A DNA stretch of 64,000 bases from a virus, in the IMG/VR virus record IMGVR_UViG_3300048033_001554, positions 1 to 64,000 of that record, one strand, 5' to 3'. The notes beneath the pieces are model-generated. The model made no database searches, was not told where the DNA came from, and was given only the letters and a program-made list of their open reading frames with translations. The translations under genes were made by a program, and so were the position numbers. Positions 29,799 through 40,163 of the stretch are shown piece by piece (the stretch's first letter is position 1; each line of letters starts with the position of its first letter).

Positions 29799-32114
29799 CT
29801 AAGAGTTGTCTACGGTAATATTTATAGAATCTACAGAGTAAATAACACTATCAGATCTTACCGTTTGATCGCCGACATCTTGGTTTGGACCTACAATGTC
29901 TGCACCGCCTACAATATAATCGTCTTTCACTCTTATTGAGAACTTGTGTTTTAATGTTGGGCCTACTGAGTTTTTGTACGTGAAGTTGCCGAACATTTTT
30001 GTTCCGGCAAGGTGCATAGTATCTTTTAACACTGTTTGATACTTATTAAGTGATACAGTAGACTTTAGATCATAAGAATACTCTTGGTAGTAATCACTAT
30101 CTTGAACTCTTTGGTTACTGTCGTAATATTCAAAAATATTTGTGTCGGGATTCGTTCTATAACCGTTGATATGTGAAGATCGACTACCCCAGAATCCTGC
30201 AGTAATACCCTGCGAATCAACTTGAAGTATACCTTCAGCAACTTTTCTTCCATCATCATCAATTAAGTAACCGGTTTCTTCATTCAAATAACCAAAGCCA
30301 GAATTTTGTATCGAAACAGCGGCAATTTTACCTTGCGAAAACTCTGTTCTATTTTTAACAATCGCGTTCTCACCAAACTTTTTAGAAGTATAATCACGTT
30401 CAACTGCAATCAAATCATAAGTGTTGCCTTTGTATGTGATAGCATCACCTGCACCGGTCTTAAACCCATAATAACTATATGGCCTTACGTAAAGAGCTTG
30501 CGCATCATTATCAATTTTGGTAATTAAACCAGACGTTCCTGTAAGTCCTTGAGATACAGTATCACCAACTGAGAAACCAGCATTAAAATTATCAACTAAT
30601 AGCACTTGGTCAAATCTTTCAAATGCTGCCATTTGTTCGTCGATAACAAGAGTGAACGTATCATTAACATAGTCTTCGCCAGGATTTATATTTTCAAATG
30701 ATTTAATAGTACCAATATCAAATGGAGTTAAATCAAACGCTTGATTCATTGGCGTGGCTAATGTTACTGGGCTTGCAGTTCCTGACATTGCTGTTGGGCC
30801 TGCAGATGCAGTATTAAAATCTGAAGAATTTAATTGAACATCTTTAAATGGATTAATAATATCTGTGATTAGTTCGATGTTTTCAATGTTTATTAATTCT
30901 TCAATTTTAGCATGATTAATGTCACCAGTGTTTGCATACAATGGCCCAGGAGAAGAATCGTTTTTAGGTGAAACACTTAATATGTCTCCCGTCATTGTTG
31001 CTATGTCATAAGGCAACAATGTGATATTAGTAGCTCTATCTCTTGTAGAAATAGCTCTCGTTTTATCAAACTCTTCTCCTGGCTCCATTTTAACGCCAAC
31101 TGAAGAAGAGTTTTGTCCAATAACAGTACCTTCGTTACCTGCACTATCTCTTAAAACTTCTAATATTTCAAATTTAAAATCTGAATTATCTAAAATAACA
31201 ACTTGGTTTGATGTTTGAATTTTAGTGTTTGGAATAGTATATCCAAAACCGCCATCTTCTAATATGTACCTAATTGTGCCAGTAAATTCTTCAACTAGCT
31301 CAGTGACGATAACTTTACCGCCACCGCCATATTCACTTTCTATTCTAAGTATGTCGCCAATTTCGTTTCCAACGGTAGCCCATTGTGACTCAGTATCAAT
31401 TTCCATGCCAGCAACAGATCCATTGAGTTTTCCAAAGTTGACGTCTTGGCCACCAAATCTAGCAATAATATCGTCGTACTTTCTAAACTCACCTTTTACA
31501 TCCACTAAGTAAATAATAGGAGTTAAAGTATTGTTTAAATATACGAAGTTAATCTTATCAACAATAGCTTTTGCTTGCGAAATTGTGCCGTAAATATCTT
31601 TGCTTAAAAGATCTGCATAAGAGTATTCTGTTTGTCCATCAGGAGAAAAGAATCTACCGTTATTAGAAAACATTTGCAAAAATGCACCCGTTCTCCATTT
31701 TGAGTCAGACGGCTTGAGCATATTTTTTGCTGGGTATTTAATTTCAACGTCTTCTTCGTAAAACATTCTAAAGAATAGTTTAATACCACTTTCAGTACCT
31801 TTACGTCTATAAAGGTCCATTATGTTTCTAATTACAAATCTTGCAGTTTTATCGTCTTCAATATTAGGAAGATCAGCCATGTATTTTTTCTTAAAGAAAA
31901 TAATCATGTCTGAAAGTGTTGTGCCAATATCTCTGTATTCAAACATTCTACGAGTGTTATAAACACCCATGTTAGATTCGCTTTCAACAAATCTGTAATA
32001 TTGCTCAACCATGTCAACGAGTTCCGGGCCTTGCTCTCTAAAGTAGGCGGGGAACTGATTAGCAATTTTAAATGCTATATCCTTTTCAACTAATGTGACT
32101 TGGTTATCAGCCAT
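29799..32114 (-). CDS. gp7: Baseplate wedge subunit (gp7-like)
   Basis: LYRRKGTESGIKLFFR and VQDSDYYQEYSY...HLAGTKMFG motifs; directly after gp6. Confidence 0.7.
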   Translation of the reverse strand: MADNQVTLVEKDIAFKIANQFPAYFREQGPELVDMVEQYYRFVESESNMGVYNTRRMFEYRDIGTTLSDMIIFFKKKYMADLPNIEDDKTARFVIRNIMDLYRRKGTESGIKLFFRMFYEEDVEIKYPAKNMLKPSDSKWRTGAFLQMFSNNGRFFSPDGQTEYSYADLLSKDIYGTISQAKAIVDKINFVYLNNTLTPIIYLVDVKGEFRKYDDIIARFGGQDVNFGKLNGSVAGMEIDTESQWATVGNEIGDILRIESEYGGGGKVIVTELVEEFTGTIRYILEDGGFGYTIPNTKIQTSNQVVILDNSDFKFEILEVLRDSAGNEGTVIGQNSSSVGVKMEPGEEFDKTRAISTRDRATNITLLPYDIATMTGDILSVSPKNDSSPGPLYANTGDINHAKIEELINIENIELITDIINPFKDVQLNSSDFNTASAGPTAMSGTASPVTLATPMNQAFDLTPFDIGTIKSFENINPGEDYVNDTFTLVIDEQMAAFERFDQVLLVDNFNAGFSVGDTVSQGLTGTSGLITKIDNDAQALYVRPYSYYGFKTGAGDAITYKGNTYDLIAVERDYTSKKFGENAIVKNRTEFSQGKIAAVSIQNSGFGYLNEETGYLIDDDGRKVAEGILQVDSQGITAGFWGSRSSHINGYRTNPDTNIFEYYDSNQRVQDSDYYQEYSYDLKSTVSLNKYQTVLKDTMHLAGTKMFGNFTYKNSVGPTLKHKFSIRVKDDYIVGGADIVGPNQDVGDQTVRSDSVIYSVDSINITVDNS

Positions 32115-33914
32115 TTACTTGACCTCTTTCATGTTAACAGTTACGTCATCATCTTTAATCAAGAAAATTCTACCAGCTGGAGCTTTGATATCGTCGAGCT
32201 TAGTTGTAACCATAATTGTGATACCTGATCCATCAGCAAAGCCGCCAACTTTAAAGTTAGTCAAATTAACTTCACCTGTAGCATAGTTTACTTTACCAGC
32301 AATAGGGTTTACTACCTGCGGGTTTACAATATCGGATGTTACAATTTGAATGTTTCCTAAGCCATCATCTTGGAAGAATGAATCAACAAAGTTATATTCA
32401 AATACACTACTTTTAACCGCTGGTTTATAATCAGTAAAACCATTTGAATCTTTAAACGGATAAGGTTTAACTAATTCAGCATAAAACTTAAATGATGGAG
32501 ATTCAGCTTGGTTTAAAGCAGGAGAATATCTTACATAAGGACATACTGATAAACTATTACTTTCAATAGAAGATTCGGATGCATCGATGTCTTTAGAAAG
32601 CTTTGAAAGTCTTAAAGTAACATTAAAGTTATCCAAACTAGACGTATTGTAATTTTCAATAGCAGATCTAACTAAATTTTCGATTTGACCGGCTGATTTG
32701 CCAGTAACTTTAGGATTGAAGTTAACATCTACGTTAACACAACCGTACATAAATTCTGATTTAACAAATGTAGGTTCAACCGCAACTGGACTTTTATCTT
32801 TTAAGTAATCAATATAAGAAGCTGAAATAGTTTCTGATAATCCTTCTCGGCCTTCGCCAAGATAAACTGAAATAGCAACTCGTCCAAATTGAGGTGGATC
32901 TAGTTCTTCACCACCGTATGCAGCAATTGCTTTGATTTCTGGGAAACGCTGTTGTAATATAACTTCATAGTCTTTAGATGTTACAGCTCTTTCTTGAATT
33001 TGCAAAGACTTAGGAGCGTAATATCTAATACTTTCTAAAGTTTCTCTTTCAGCACCACCTGCAGCAGGTTCAATAGTTACCGTACTAGATTGAGCGGTGT
33101 CTGATACTAATAATAACTCAAAAGTATTTGCGCCGTTGGATTCAGGACCTGAAGTAATACGATATCTTACGCGAACGTCTTGGAAAACTTCTGGTTGTAT
33201 ACCAAATTTATTATTGCCAAAGTAGATAACATAACGGCCATCATAATATGGTTCTACATAGAATACTTTATCTAAAGGCTGGACGCCGAAGATATCATTT
33301 TTACGAATAAACACGTTTTCGTTATCTGTTGCTTCGGCATCTACGAATACTACAATTGAATCTGTATCAGCATTTTCGTTTGAAAGGATAACGCGAAGAA
33401 CTCCGTCGTCACCAATAAAGTAGCCTTCTCTCTCAAAGCTTGCTAGCATCTCACCTTCAAAGATTTCTACATTTTCGGCAACAAACGTTCCTGGGGCAGT
33501 TTTACGAGCAACGTAAGCTTTATCAGTAACATAATTAAATGTTTGGCCTTGGAAGTTAGTCTTAAACTGAGAATAAGCAGGAATAGTAATAGTCTGCCCT
33601 GCAATGCTCGTATCAGTAATAGTAGTTGTCACTACAGCTTTTGGCGACCTACGAGATCTAGGAACATAATTCAATTCCTTAGCGTGTGACATGACTGAGT
33701 TTTTAAGAACAGCTGAATCAAGGAACATCTCATTGATTGCCATGTTAGCATAAAAGTTATTTTGGAATGTATTATATGATAACACATCCAAGAATACACT
33801 CATATTCGACCCTTCAAAGTTATAATCTTTGAATTGAGTTTGGTTCCTCAGATAAGTTTTAAACTGAGTTTTGATCTCTTCAAAGTCTAATTCTGAAATG
33901 TTTAACTTGGCCAT
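32115..33914 (-). CDS. gp6: Baseplate wedge subunit gp6
   Basis: SELDFEEIK...FKDYNFEGSNMSVFLDVLSYNT...EMFLDSA and QERAVTSKDY motifs. Confidence 0.92.
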   Translation of the reverse strand: MAKLNISELDFEEIKTQFKTYLRNQTQFKDYNFEGSNMSVFLDVLSYNTFQNNFYANMAINEMFLDSAVLKNSVMSHAKELNYVPRSRRSPKAVVTTTITDTSIAGQTITIPAYSQFKTNFQGQTFNYVTDKAYVARKTAPGTFVAENVEIFEGEMLASFEREGYFIGDDGVLRVILSNENADTDSIVVFVDAEATDNENVFIRKNDIFGVQPLDKVFYVEPYYDGRYVIYFGNNKFGIQPEVFQDVRVRYRITSGPESNGANTFELLLVSDTAQSSTVTIEPAAGGAERETLESIRYYAPKSLQIQERAVTSKDYEVILQQRFPEIKAIAAYGGEELDPPQFGRVAISVYLGEGREGLSETISASYIDYLKDKSPVAVEPTFVKSEFMYGCVNVDVNFNPKVTGKSAGQIENLVRSAIENYNTSSLDNFNVTLRLSKLSKDIDASESSIESNSLSVCPYVRYSPALNQAESPSFKFYAELVKPYPFKDSNGFTDYKPAVKSSVFEYNFVDSFFQDDGLGNIQIVTSDIVNPQVVNPIAGKVNYATGEVNLTNFKVGGFADGSGITIMVTTKLDDIKAPAGRIFLIKDDDVTVNMKEVK

Positions 33915-34331
33915 TTACCTAGTCCTCTCTATGAATACATCAAGGTCGATAGGCTGTTCTACGTTTTTGATGTAAAAAGTAATTCGTATGTTCACTGCGT
34001 TGTCATCTATGTTAGATGTTACAGTAACGTCCTGGAGTTCTGCTCTAGGCTCGTATAGGTTAATTGTTGTTCTTACGTTTTCTTCTATTAGTTTAAGAAC
34101 TGAAGGAGTAAGATTTTCAAATAGCATGGCTTGGATATTACCACCCAAGTTTGGCTGCATTAATCGTTCGCCGCGATCAGTAAGAATTAAATTTTTAATT
34201 GATTCTTTTACTGCGTCTTCATCTTTATTTAAAGTAAGATCTTGCGACAAAGGGCTAACCTCAAGATTTTTCTTGAAGTCCGAATAAATCGTTACCTTTT
34301 TAGTTTTAGGTGTAAATAACCTAGCTACCAT
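33915..34331 (-). CDS. gp25: Baseplate wedge subunit gp25
   Basis: AVKESIKNLILTDRGERLMQPNLG and YEPRA motifs. Confidence 0.92.
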   Translation of the reverse strand: MVARLFTPKTKKVTIYSDFKKNLEVSPLSQDLTLNKDEDAVKESIKNLILTDRGERLMQPNLGGNIQAMLFENLTPSVLKLIEENVRTTINLYEPRAELQDVTVTSNIDDNAVNIRITFYIKNVEQPIDLDVFIERTR

Positions 34332-34334
34332 TTC

Positions 34335-35972
34335 TTAACCTCGTTTATCCCAAGACCTTGCTGGTCCAATATCGCAATGAAGGAAACTGTTATAGTAACC
34401 AAATCCTTTGAATCCTACGCTTTGCGCTAATTTTACAAATTCTCTTAAATCATTTCCTCTAGGATTAAACCCATCCCACTTCAGATCACATGCAGTGCCT
34501 TTGAGGTGTTGCGATGCTTTAGCACCCGGTGGTTTTATGATTGAATTATAGTACGGACTTCTATAGCCACTATTTAAATATAGTGGGCCACTAATAATTC
34601 CTGCATCTTTAGCTAATCTTTGTAGCTGCATAATTTTTAACCTTACATCCGGATCCATTTTAGTCCAGCCTTCGTGAGTTGGTATCATTCTAGTAGTCCA
34701 CCCACCTCTAATTCGTAAATTAGGATGTGTGTTATCTTTTATTTCTTCCCAGCTTGGAACTCCATTAATATCTTCTATAGTAGGAGGAATAGGATTATTA
34801 TTCGTTCCTTCAGGATGATCGTCAGTAATTCCATACCATGGTATCTTTGCTATATTTATTAAAGCTTGCCTGTTTTCTTCTGTAGCTCTGATGGCACCTG
34901 CTCGAACTGCTTCACTAGTAACTCTATTAGAAACGTTTGAAAGAGTATTAAATACTTCGTCGTAGCGATCCGCAAAATCATTTAATGGATCTTTAAGCTT
35001 TTTAAATAAACCTTCAATACCTGCAGCCATGCCACATAAGCGAGCTATAAGCATAAAGATTTCTTCTATGGATGGGTTTTCGAATAAACCAACCGCGTAG
35101 TCAATAATACCTTGAATTTTAGCTTTAATTTTATCAGCGTTTTCATCACCACAAATATTTTGCAACGCTGATTTCTTTTCTTCAGCATCTGCTGCAACTT
35201 TAATTTGAGCAGGAGTTACTACTGGTAGATTTCTACCAATAATTGCTGATACATCAAAGTTAGCTATTGATTGGCAAACTTTTTGAATAGCTTGCTTAAC
35301 CATTTCACTGATTTTTTCTTTGATTGCTTCAATGATTGCTTTAACTTTAAGTGCTTCAAATGCTGCAAGTAATTCATTCTTAATGTTTTTAATTTTTCTA
35401 ATAAAAGCAAATACATCTTGAATAAAGCCATCAATTTTATTAAGCATATTAAAGAAAGAATTAATAGCACCAAACACGCTATTAAACAATCCACAAAACC
35501 CGCCTAATATACTATCAGAAAAATCTCCATTATAATATTTGTCAAGCTCATCCAAGAATCTAGATCCTTTAGCATTACTAGATTCTATGGCTGATGCTGG
35601 AGTATAGTTGCTACTTTTCATAAAAGAAGCCCACTCTAAAGCAGTAATAGGACCGTGCTTTAATCTTTCATTAAGTACTTCATATTGAGGCAATTGATCT
35701 CTTACATATTCTCTACCAAAAAAGTCTTGGTTAATCTGTTTAACAGTATCGTAGAAAGTAGGATATCTAGTAACATATTGAGATAAAGGATTATTATTTT
35801 GAACATCCTCTACAATAGTATCTCTAAATTTCTTTTCGAACTCTGATACTTGGTTTAAAGTGTATTCACCGTTTCCATTATCGGTCGGGCCGTTTTGAAT
35901 GGCATTACGCTCATATACTGTTTGTAAACAGCTAGTACAAAGACCTTTTCCTGGCTGACATGTGCATGACAT
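34335..35972 (-). CDS. Helical virion protein with C-terminal peptidase M15A-type zinc peptidoglycan peptidase domain
   Basis: NSGYRSPYYN...SQHLKGTACD...FLHCD motif at the C-terminus; Cys-rich N-terminus. Confidence 0.75.
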   Translation of the reverse strand: MSCTCQPGKGLCTSCLQTVYERNAIQNGPTDNGNGEYTLNQVSEFEKKFRDTIVEDVQNNNPLSQYVTRYPTFYDTVKQINQDFFGREYVRDQLPQYEVLNERLKHGPITALEWASFMKSSNYTPASAIESSNAKGSRFLDELDKYYNGDFSDSILGGFCGLFNSVFGAINSFFNMLNKIDGFIQDVFAFIRKIKNIKNELLAAFEALKVKAIIEAIKEKISEMVKQAIQKVCQSIANFDVSAIIGRNLPVVTPAQIKVAADAEEKKSALQNICGDENADKIKAKIQGIIDYAVGLFENPSIEEIFMLIARLCGMAAGIEGLFKKLKDPLNDFADRYDEVFNTLSNVSNRVTSEAVRAGAIRATEENRQALINIAKIPWYGITDDHPEGTNNNPIPPTIEDINGVPSWEEIKDNTHPNLRIRGGWTTRMIPTHEGWTKMDPDVRLKIMQLQRLAKDAGIISGPLYLNSGYRSPYYNSIIKPPGAKASQHLKGTACDLKWDGFNPRGNDLREFVKLAQSVGFKGFGYYNSFLHCDIGPARSWDKRG

Positions 35973-38101
35973 TATCCAGCACCTCCACTAATTATATTTT
36001 GTTCAGTTGATTTTACTGCATCAATCGCGTTTAAGAATTCTTGTACCGTGGTAAGAGCTCTATTTCCAGCTGAATCACCTGCATATTTACTTCTACCTGT
36101 ATTTGGACCTGTTACCAGTGGTAAGGAAGCCCATTCACTTGCAAGATTGTTTGCAAATTGCTCGCGTGTAAGTTCGCCTTTTAAGAATCTAGTTAAGCCT
36201 CTGCCTTCGAGTAGCACAATTGCCATTTTGTCTTGATTGATAGGACTAAACAAATCACCCGCACTTAAGCCTGCTCTTACATACAATGGATTTCCAGGGC
36301 CTGTTGTTAAGTCATTGTTATAACCACGCAAGGTGTCTTCCATAATTTGGTATCTACCAACTGCTTCTGAGTTTTGAGTTGCATCAATACTTTCTTGCCA
36401 ATCTAGTACTTCCTGGATAGTCATTTCTATAATGGGCTTGGTAGGATACCTAGTTTTAGATACAAGACCAGATATGTCATCATAACCTTCTGATTCTTTA
36501 TTACCAATAAAATCTAGCAATGGAGTTGCTGCTGATTGTATTTCAGCTGATACGTTGCCAAGAGTTCCACCAAACGACGTGTTACCACCATTACCCTCAC
36601 CAGCATGATCTTTTGAAACATAGCCAGTTCCACCCAACGAACCTTCATCACCTTCCGGCAAAATAGATGTTGATTTAGCAACTGGTTCTGGAGCTTCAAC
36701 TTTAGCTGCGCGCCATGCAATTTCTGGAGTTTGAGATCCAGGAACAAACGGTAATTGACCGATTGGTGGAATAGCAACCCTTGCAGTTGCAACTGTTGTT
36801 AAAGCACTCGCGAGATTAGGTCTTGCAAATCCACCGGCTAAGTTAACAAAAGTATCTATGTTAACAATAGGCGAATTAATATTTGTCTGCACACCGCCGC
36901 CAATTGCAACGTCTATTCCTGCGCCAATATCAAATGTAACACCTGCGCTTAGCGCTGCTGATGTTGTTGATCTTGCTGCCCAAGTAAGTGACGATTGGTT
37001 GATTGCACCAAGTGGAGCGGTAATATTCATTTCAACGCCAGCTTGGATGTTAGTCTGCGTAAGACCTCTTAATCCTAATTTATCTGTAGCATCAACAAGA
37101 ATCTTTTCACCTTTAATAGAAATACCGCCGTAAGTAGGTGGTAATCCTAGACCACCCGCAGAAAGCTGCAATTCTTTATTTGCATTAATAGCAAGTGTAC
37201 CTGCATTGGCATGAATTTTAACATCGCCACCACGAATTTGAGCCATTTCAGCGTTTATAGTAGATTGACCACCAACCGAAAGATGATGGTTACCATGTAC
37301 TAATGTTTGCAAATCACCTTCAATTTCTTCAACTTTATTACCACGGACATAAACATAACTATTACCCATAATAGTAACAGTGCTCATTCCACCAACAACT
37401 ACGTGCTGCTTTCTATCCATTACATCGTATTGATCGCCGGTGGTTTTATTTGTGGTAGTACCACGAGAATCAATTTCAATAAATGAACCAGACTTATGCC
37501 TAACAGTAATACGCTCAGCTCCAGATGTATCATCTAATTCAATGCTATGATGGGCTGTTTCTATAACTTTATTATGAGGATATTCTGCGTTATAACTTGC
37601 GTTAGGCTGATCCCATGTTTCTTCTGAGCCACCAATTTTAACATCAACTGCTCTACCCATTTCTTGAGTAAGCACTGCAGTTTCTTGAATGTATTCACCA
37701 CGGGCTAATCGGGATTGCTGTGGTTGCATTATATCTTCTGGTTTAGATCCATGTGCCAATTCGTTAGCATCTGTATCGGGCACTCTGCCCCATCCAGTCT
37801 TATCAGGGTCAATAACTGTAGCATATTGAGTTGGAATTAGACCAAGAACCATAGGCTCTTGCGCGTCTCTTCCGTCTAAGAAAACACCAAATACCCAGCT
37901 ATTTACTTTTGGAATATTGTTTGGATTATAATCACCTTGAACAACAATAGCCCAAGGCAATTCATCAGATGGAACTTCTTTGTTTGTACCATGTACACCA
38001 AATGCACGTACTTGTGCTCTTCCTTCTTTACGAGGATCTACGTTATTTTCAATTACGCCAATAAAAAATAAAGGATCTTTAATCCCTACACCGTTTTGCA
38101 T
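35972..38101 (-). CDS. gp5: Baseplate hub / tail needle gp5 with C-terminal lysozyme-like domain
   Basis: OB-fold motifs (FIGVIENNVDP..GRAQVRAFGVH, LPWA, FLDG), YPHNKV..HSIELDDT beta-helix start, C-terminal ES..Y / AVGRYQI / EWASLP muramidase motifs. Confidence 0.88.
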   Translation of the reverse strand: MQNGVGIKDPLFFIGVIENNVDPRKEGRAQVRAFGVHGTNKEVPSDELPWAIVVQGDYNPNNIPKVNSWVFGVFLDGRDAQEPMVLGLIPTQYATVIDPDKTGWGRVPDTDANELAHGSKPEDIMQPQQSRLARGEYIQETAVLTQEMGRAVDVKIGGSEETWDQPNASYNAEYPHNKVIETAHHSIELDDTSGAERITVRHKSGSFIEIDSRGTTTNKTTGDQYDVMDRKQHVVVGGMSTVTIMGNSYVYVRGNKVEEIEGDLQTLVHGNHHLSVGGQSTINAEMAQIRGGDVKIHANAGTLAINANKELQLSAGGLGLPPTYGGISIKGEKILVDATDKLGLRGLTQTNIQAGVEMNITAPLGAINQSSLTWAARSTTSAALSAGVTFDIGAGIDVAIGGGVQTNINSPIVNIDTFVNLAGGFARPNLASALTTVATARVAIPPIGQLPFVPGSQTPEIAWRAAKVEAPEPVAKSTSILPEGDEGSLGGTGYVSKDHAGEGNGGNTSFGGTLGNVSAEIQSAATPLLDFIGNKESEGYDDISGLVSKTRYPTKPIIEMTIQEVLDWQESIDATQNSEAVGRYQIMEDTLRGYNNDLTTGPGNPLYVRAGLSAGDLFSPINQDKMAIVLLEGRGLTRFLKGELTREQFANNLASEWASLPLVTGPNTGRSKYAGDSAGNRALTTVQEFLNAIDAVKSTEQNIISGGAG

Positions 38102-39531
38102 TAACCGGCACCTCCTGAAGTAACAACATTATCAATAAAATCTTGTGATTGTTCTGGTTTATCGCCAGCATCCCAATCAAATTTAACAAGCTTCAAAGTA
38201 GTAGAAAGAGTGCTTGCTTCATCAACAGAATGGTTTGTTGCATACACTAAATACCTACCGGCTAAACTATTATTTACAACCGACTTACCATCTGAATCTA
38301 AAGCTTTGATATCTAAATTAACAATTTCACCAGGAGTAATATCTAACCTTCCTTTTAAAGAAGCAGAAAGTGTAGTGTTATTTAAATGGTGATAGTAAGA
38401 TACTCTATTTTGAACAATATCTGCATAGTGCTTATCTTGTGATAAGTTACTTGGAATATCGCCAGGGCTAGAATAATTTCTAAATACCATAAATCTTTTA
38501 GCATTTTCATCTGTAAATATATCTTGTCTAAAAGACTCACTATGCGGATTTGCATCTGATTTTCTTTTAGTACCAGACATATCATAATATTCTGTATTGT
38601 CGAAATTAAACTTGCTAATAGTAAATTTTCTTCGTACTAAATCAACTTCTACTACTTCGTTTCTATAAGAACCTGAAGCTAAATCCATTGCAGAATCAAT
38701 ACCTTTAGAAATAACATTAATTGCTTCTACTCTTTTAAACTGAGCTTCGATATTTTGTGGACCAAGATCTACTACAGGTGCATAGAATAATTCGTGAACG
38801 ACCTTAGGATCTTTAACAAAATATTCATCTGGGCAAAAATAGTAATTATTAAAGGTTTCAAAAAACCTAAATGTTTGAGAAGGTGTTCCTGGATTATATG
38901 ATCTAGAACACATAAAGTTGATTGCTTCTGCTGGAGTCATATCAGGAATAATGAACTTGGCTACTCCGACTGTAGGAGTGATGAATAAGTTTCTTCCATA
39001 TTGCTCGTCTTTTAATTCATATCTTTGAGTAGCAAACGGCAATACTTTTGTTTTGTCATCTGGGTCTAACGCATCGCCTTGAGCTTTGTTAGGCAGATTT
39101 CTATAATTATTTTTAAATACTTTATGAACCGCGCCTGATATTGAGCTAGTAAAAGGTTCTATTAAACTTTTGGTAGATGCATCAAATGTTGCTTCTGAAA
39201 CAAAGTGTATTGTATAGGTTACTGAGTTAGAGTTTAATGATGGCTGAATATTGTTTATTCTAAATACTCTAACATTAAGTTTTACGAGAGTATCTAAATC
39301 GTAACTTCTAAACCAAAGATCTAATCTTTCTTCTCCTCTGAGAGGAAAGCTTTCAAGTATCCCAGTGGTATCTAATATGTTTGCAGATCCGGTGTACGCA
39401 ACAGACCCCATTGATTGAGTTAACTCAAACGAGGTTATAAAGTTAGTAGATAGATCTACTTTTTGCGTCAAGTCATGCGAACGAAATATCGCTCGTTCAA
39501 TTTCACATCTTGTTGTGTTAATTTCTGCCAT
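38101..39531 (-). CDS. Baseplate hub protein (gp27-like)
   Basis: Position between gp53 and gp5; FRFFET and LAGRYLVYATNH motifs resemble hub proteins. Confidence 0.6.
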   Translation of the reverse strand: MAEINTTRCEIERAIFRSHDLTQKVDLSTNFITSFELTQSMGSVAYTGSANILDTTGILESFPLRGEERLDLWFRSYDLDTLVKLNVRVFRINNIQPSLNSNSVTYTIHFVSEATFDASTKSLIEPFTSSISGAVHKVFKNNYRNLPNKAQGDALDPDDKTKVLPFATQRYELKDEQYGRNLFITPTVGVAKFIIPDMTPAEAINFMCSRSYNPGTPSQTFRFFETFNNYYFCPDEYFVKDPKVVHELFYAPVVDLGPQNIEAQFKRVEAINVISKGIDSAMDLASGSYRNEVVEVDLVRRKFTISKFNFDNTEYYDMSGTKRKSDANPHSESFRQDIFTDENAKRFMVFRNYSSPGDIPSNLSQDKHYADIVQNRVSYYHHLNNTTLSASLKGRLDITPGEIVNLDIKALDSDGKSVVNNSLAGRYLVYATNHSVDEASTLSTTLKLVKFDWDAGDKPEQSQDFIDNVVTSGGAG

Positions 39532-39788
39532 TAGCCTTGTCTAATCTTACGTGAAAAATCTGATTCAATAATAGGCAAATAAGTCCTATCAATTAGGAAT
39601 ATTTCTTTTTTGTTTTCGTTATCATAAAGTTCTTGGTCGTAAACTTTCCATTCTTTCCACTCGTTAGGAATAATACGCTTAATAATAATTTTACGACCTT
39701 GTTCAGTACGCAAAATAACCCGATCTTCTTTACGAAGGTAAATTGTTTGGAAAGATTCTGGCGCTAGCTTAATAATATCTACAGCCAT
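39531..39788 (-). CDS. gp53 C-terminal-like protein
   Basis: VYDQELYDNENKKEIFLI resembles the gp53 C-terminal motif; has its own GAGG RBS. Confidence 0.6.
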   Translation of the reverse strand: MAVDIIKLAPESFQTIYLRKEDRVILRTEQGRKIIIKRIIPNEWKEWKVYDQELYDNENKKEIFLIDRTYLPIIESDFSRKIRQG

Positions 39789-39791
39789 TTG

Positions 39792-40163
39792 TTATACCTC
39801 TCTATAATAATAAATGATATTATCACCATTATCTTCTCGAGTCCAGTCAACAACATCTTCACCAACTCTTCCTGATTCTTCTGAATACTTTTCAATTAAG
39901 TAGTCGTTAAACTCTGCTTCTGCCAAAGGCCATTGGTGATATGGATCTAAAATATTATTAGACAAATACACAAGCCAAACATAATCAACAGAACCGTAAT
40001 AATAATTTGCAATATCTTCAGCACGTTCACCTTCTTTAATAGTAAAAGGCAAATACAAAGCTGGATTAGAAACTACCAATTGAGTAAAATTAGTACGGCG
40101 AGTAATATCTTTTACTTTATAGCCTTCGTAATCTACTGTTGGAAAATTTTCGAAATATTTCAT
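39792..40163 (-). CDS. gp53: Baseplate wedge subunit gp53 (N-terminal part)
   Basis: MKYFENFPTVDY, IKEGERAEDIANYYYGS..WLVYLSNNILDPYHQWP motifs. Confidence 0.85.
   Translation of the reverse strand: MKYFENFPTVDYEGYKVKDITRRTNFTQLVVSNPALYLPFTIKEGERAEDIANYYYGSVDYVWLVYLSNNILDPYHQWPLAEAEFNDYLIEKYSEESGRVGEDVVDWTREDNGDNIIYYYREV

Noticed and set aside
29782-29799. Late promoter before the gp9/10-like gene
   Set aside because: Only one-mismatch variants (GATAAATA, TATAAATT) are present; plausible but not listed as a feature.
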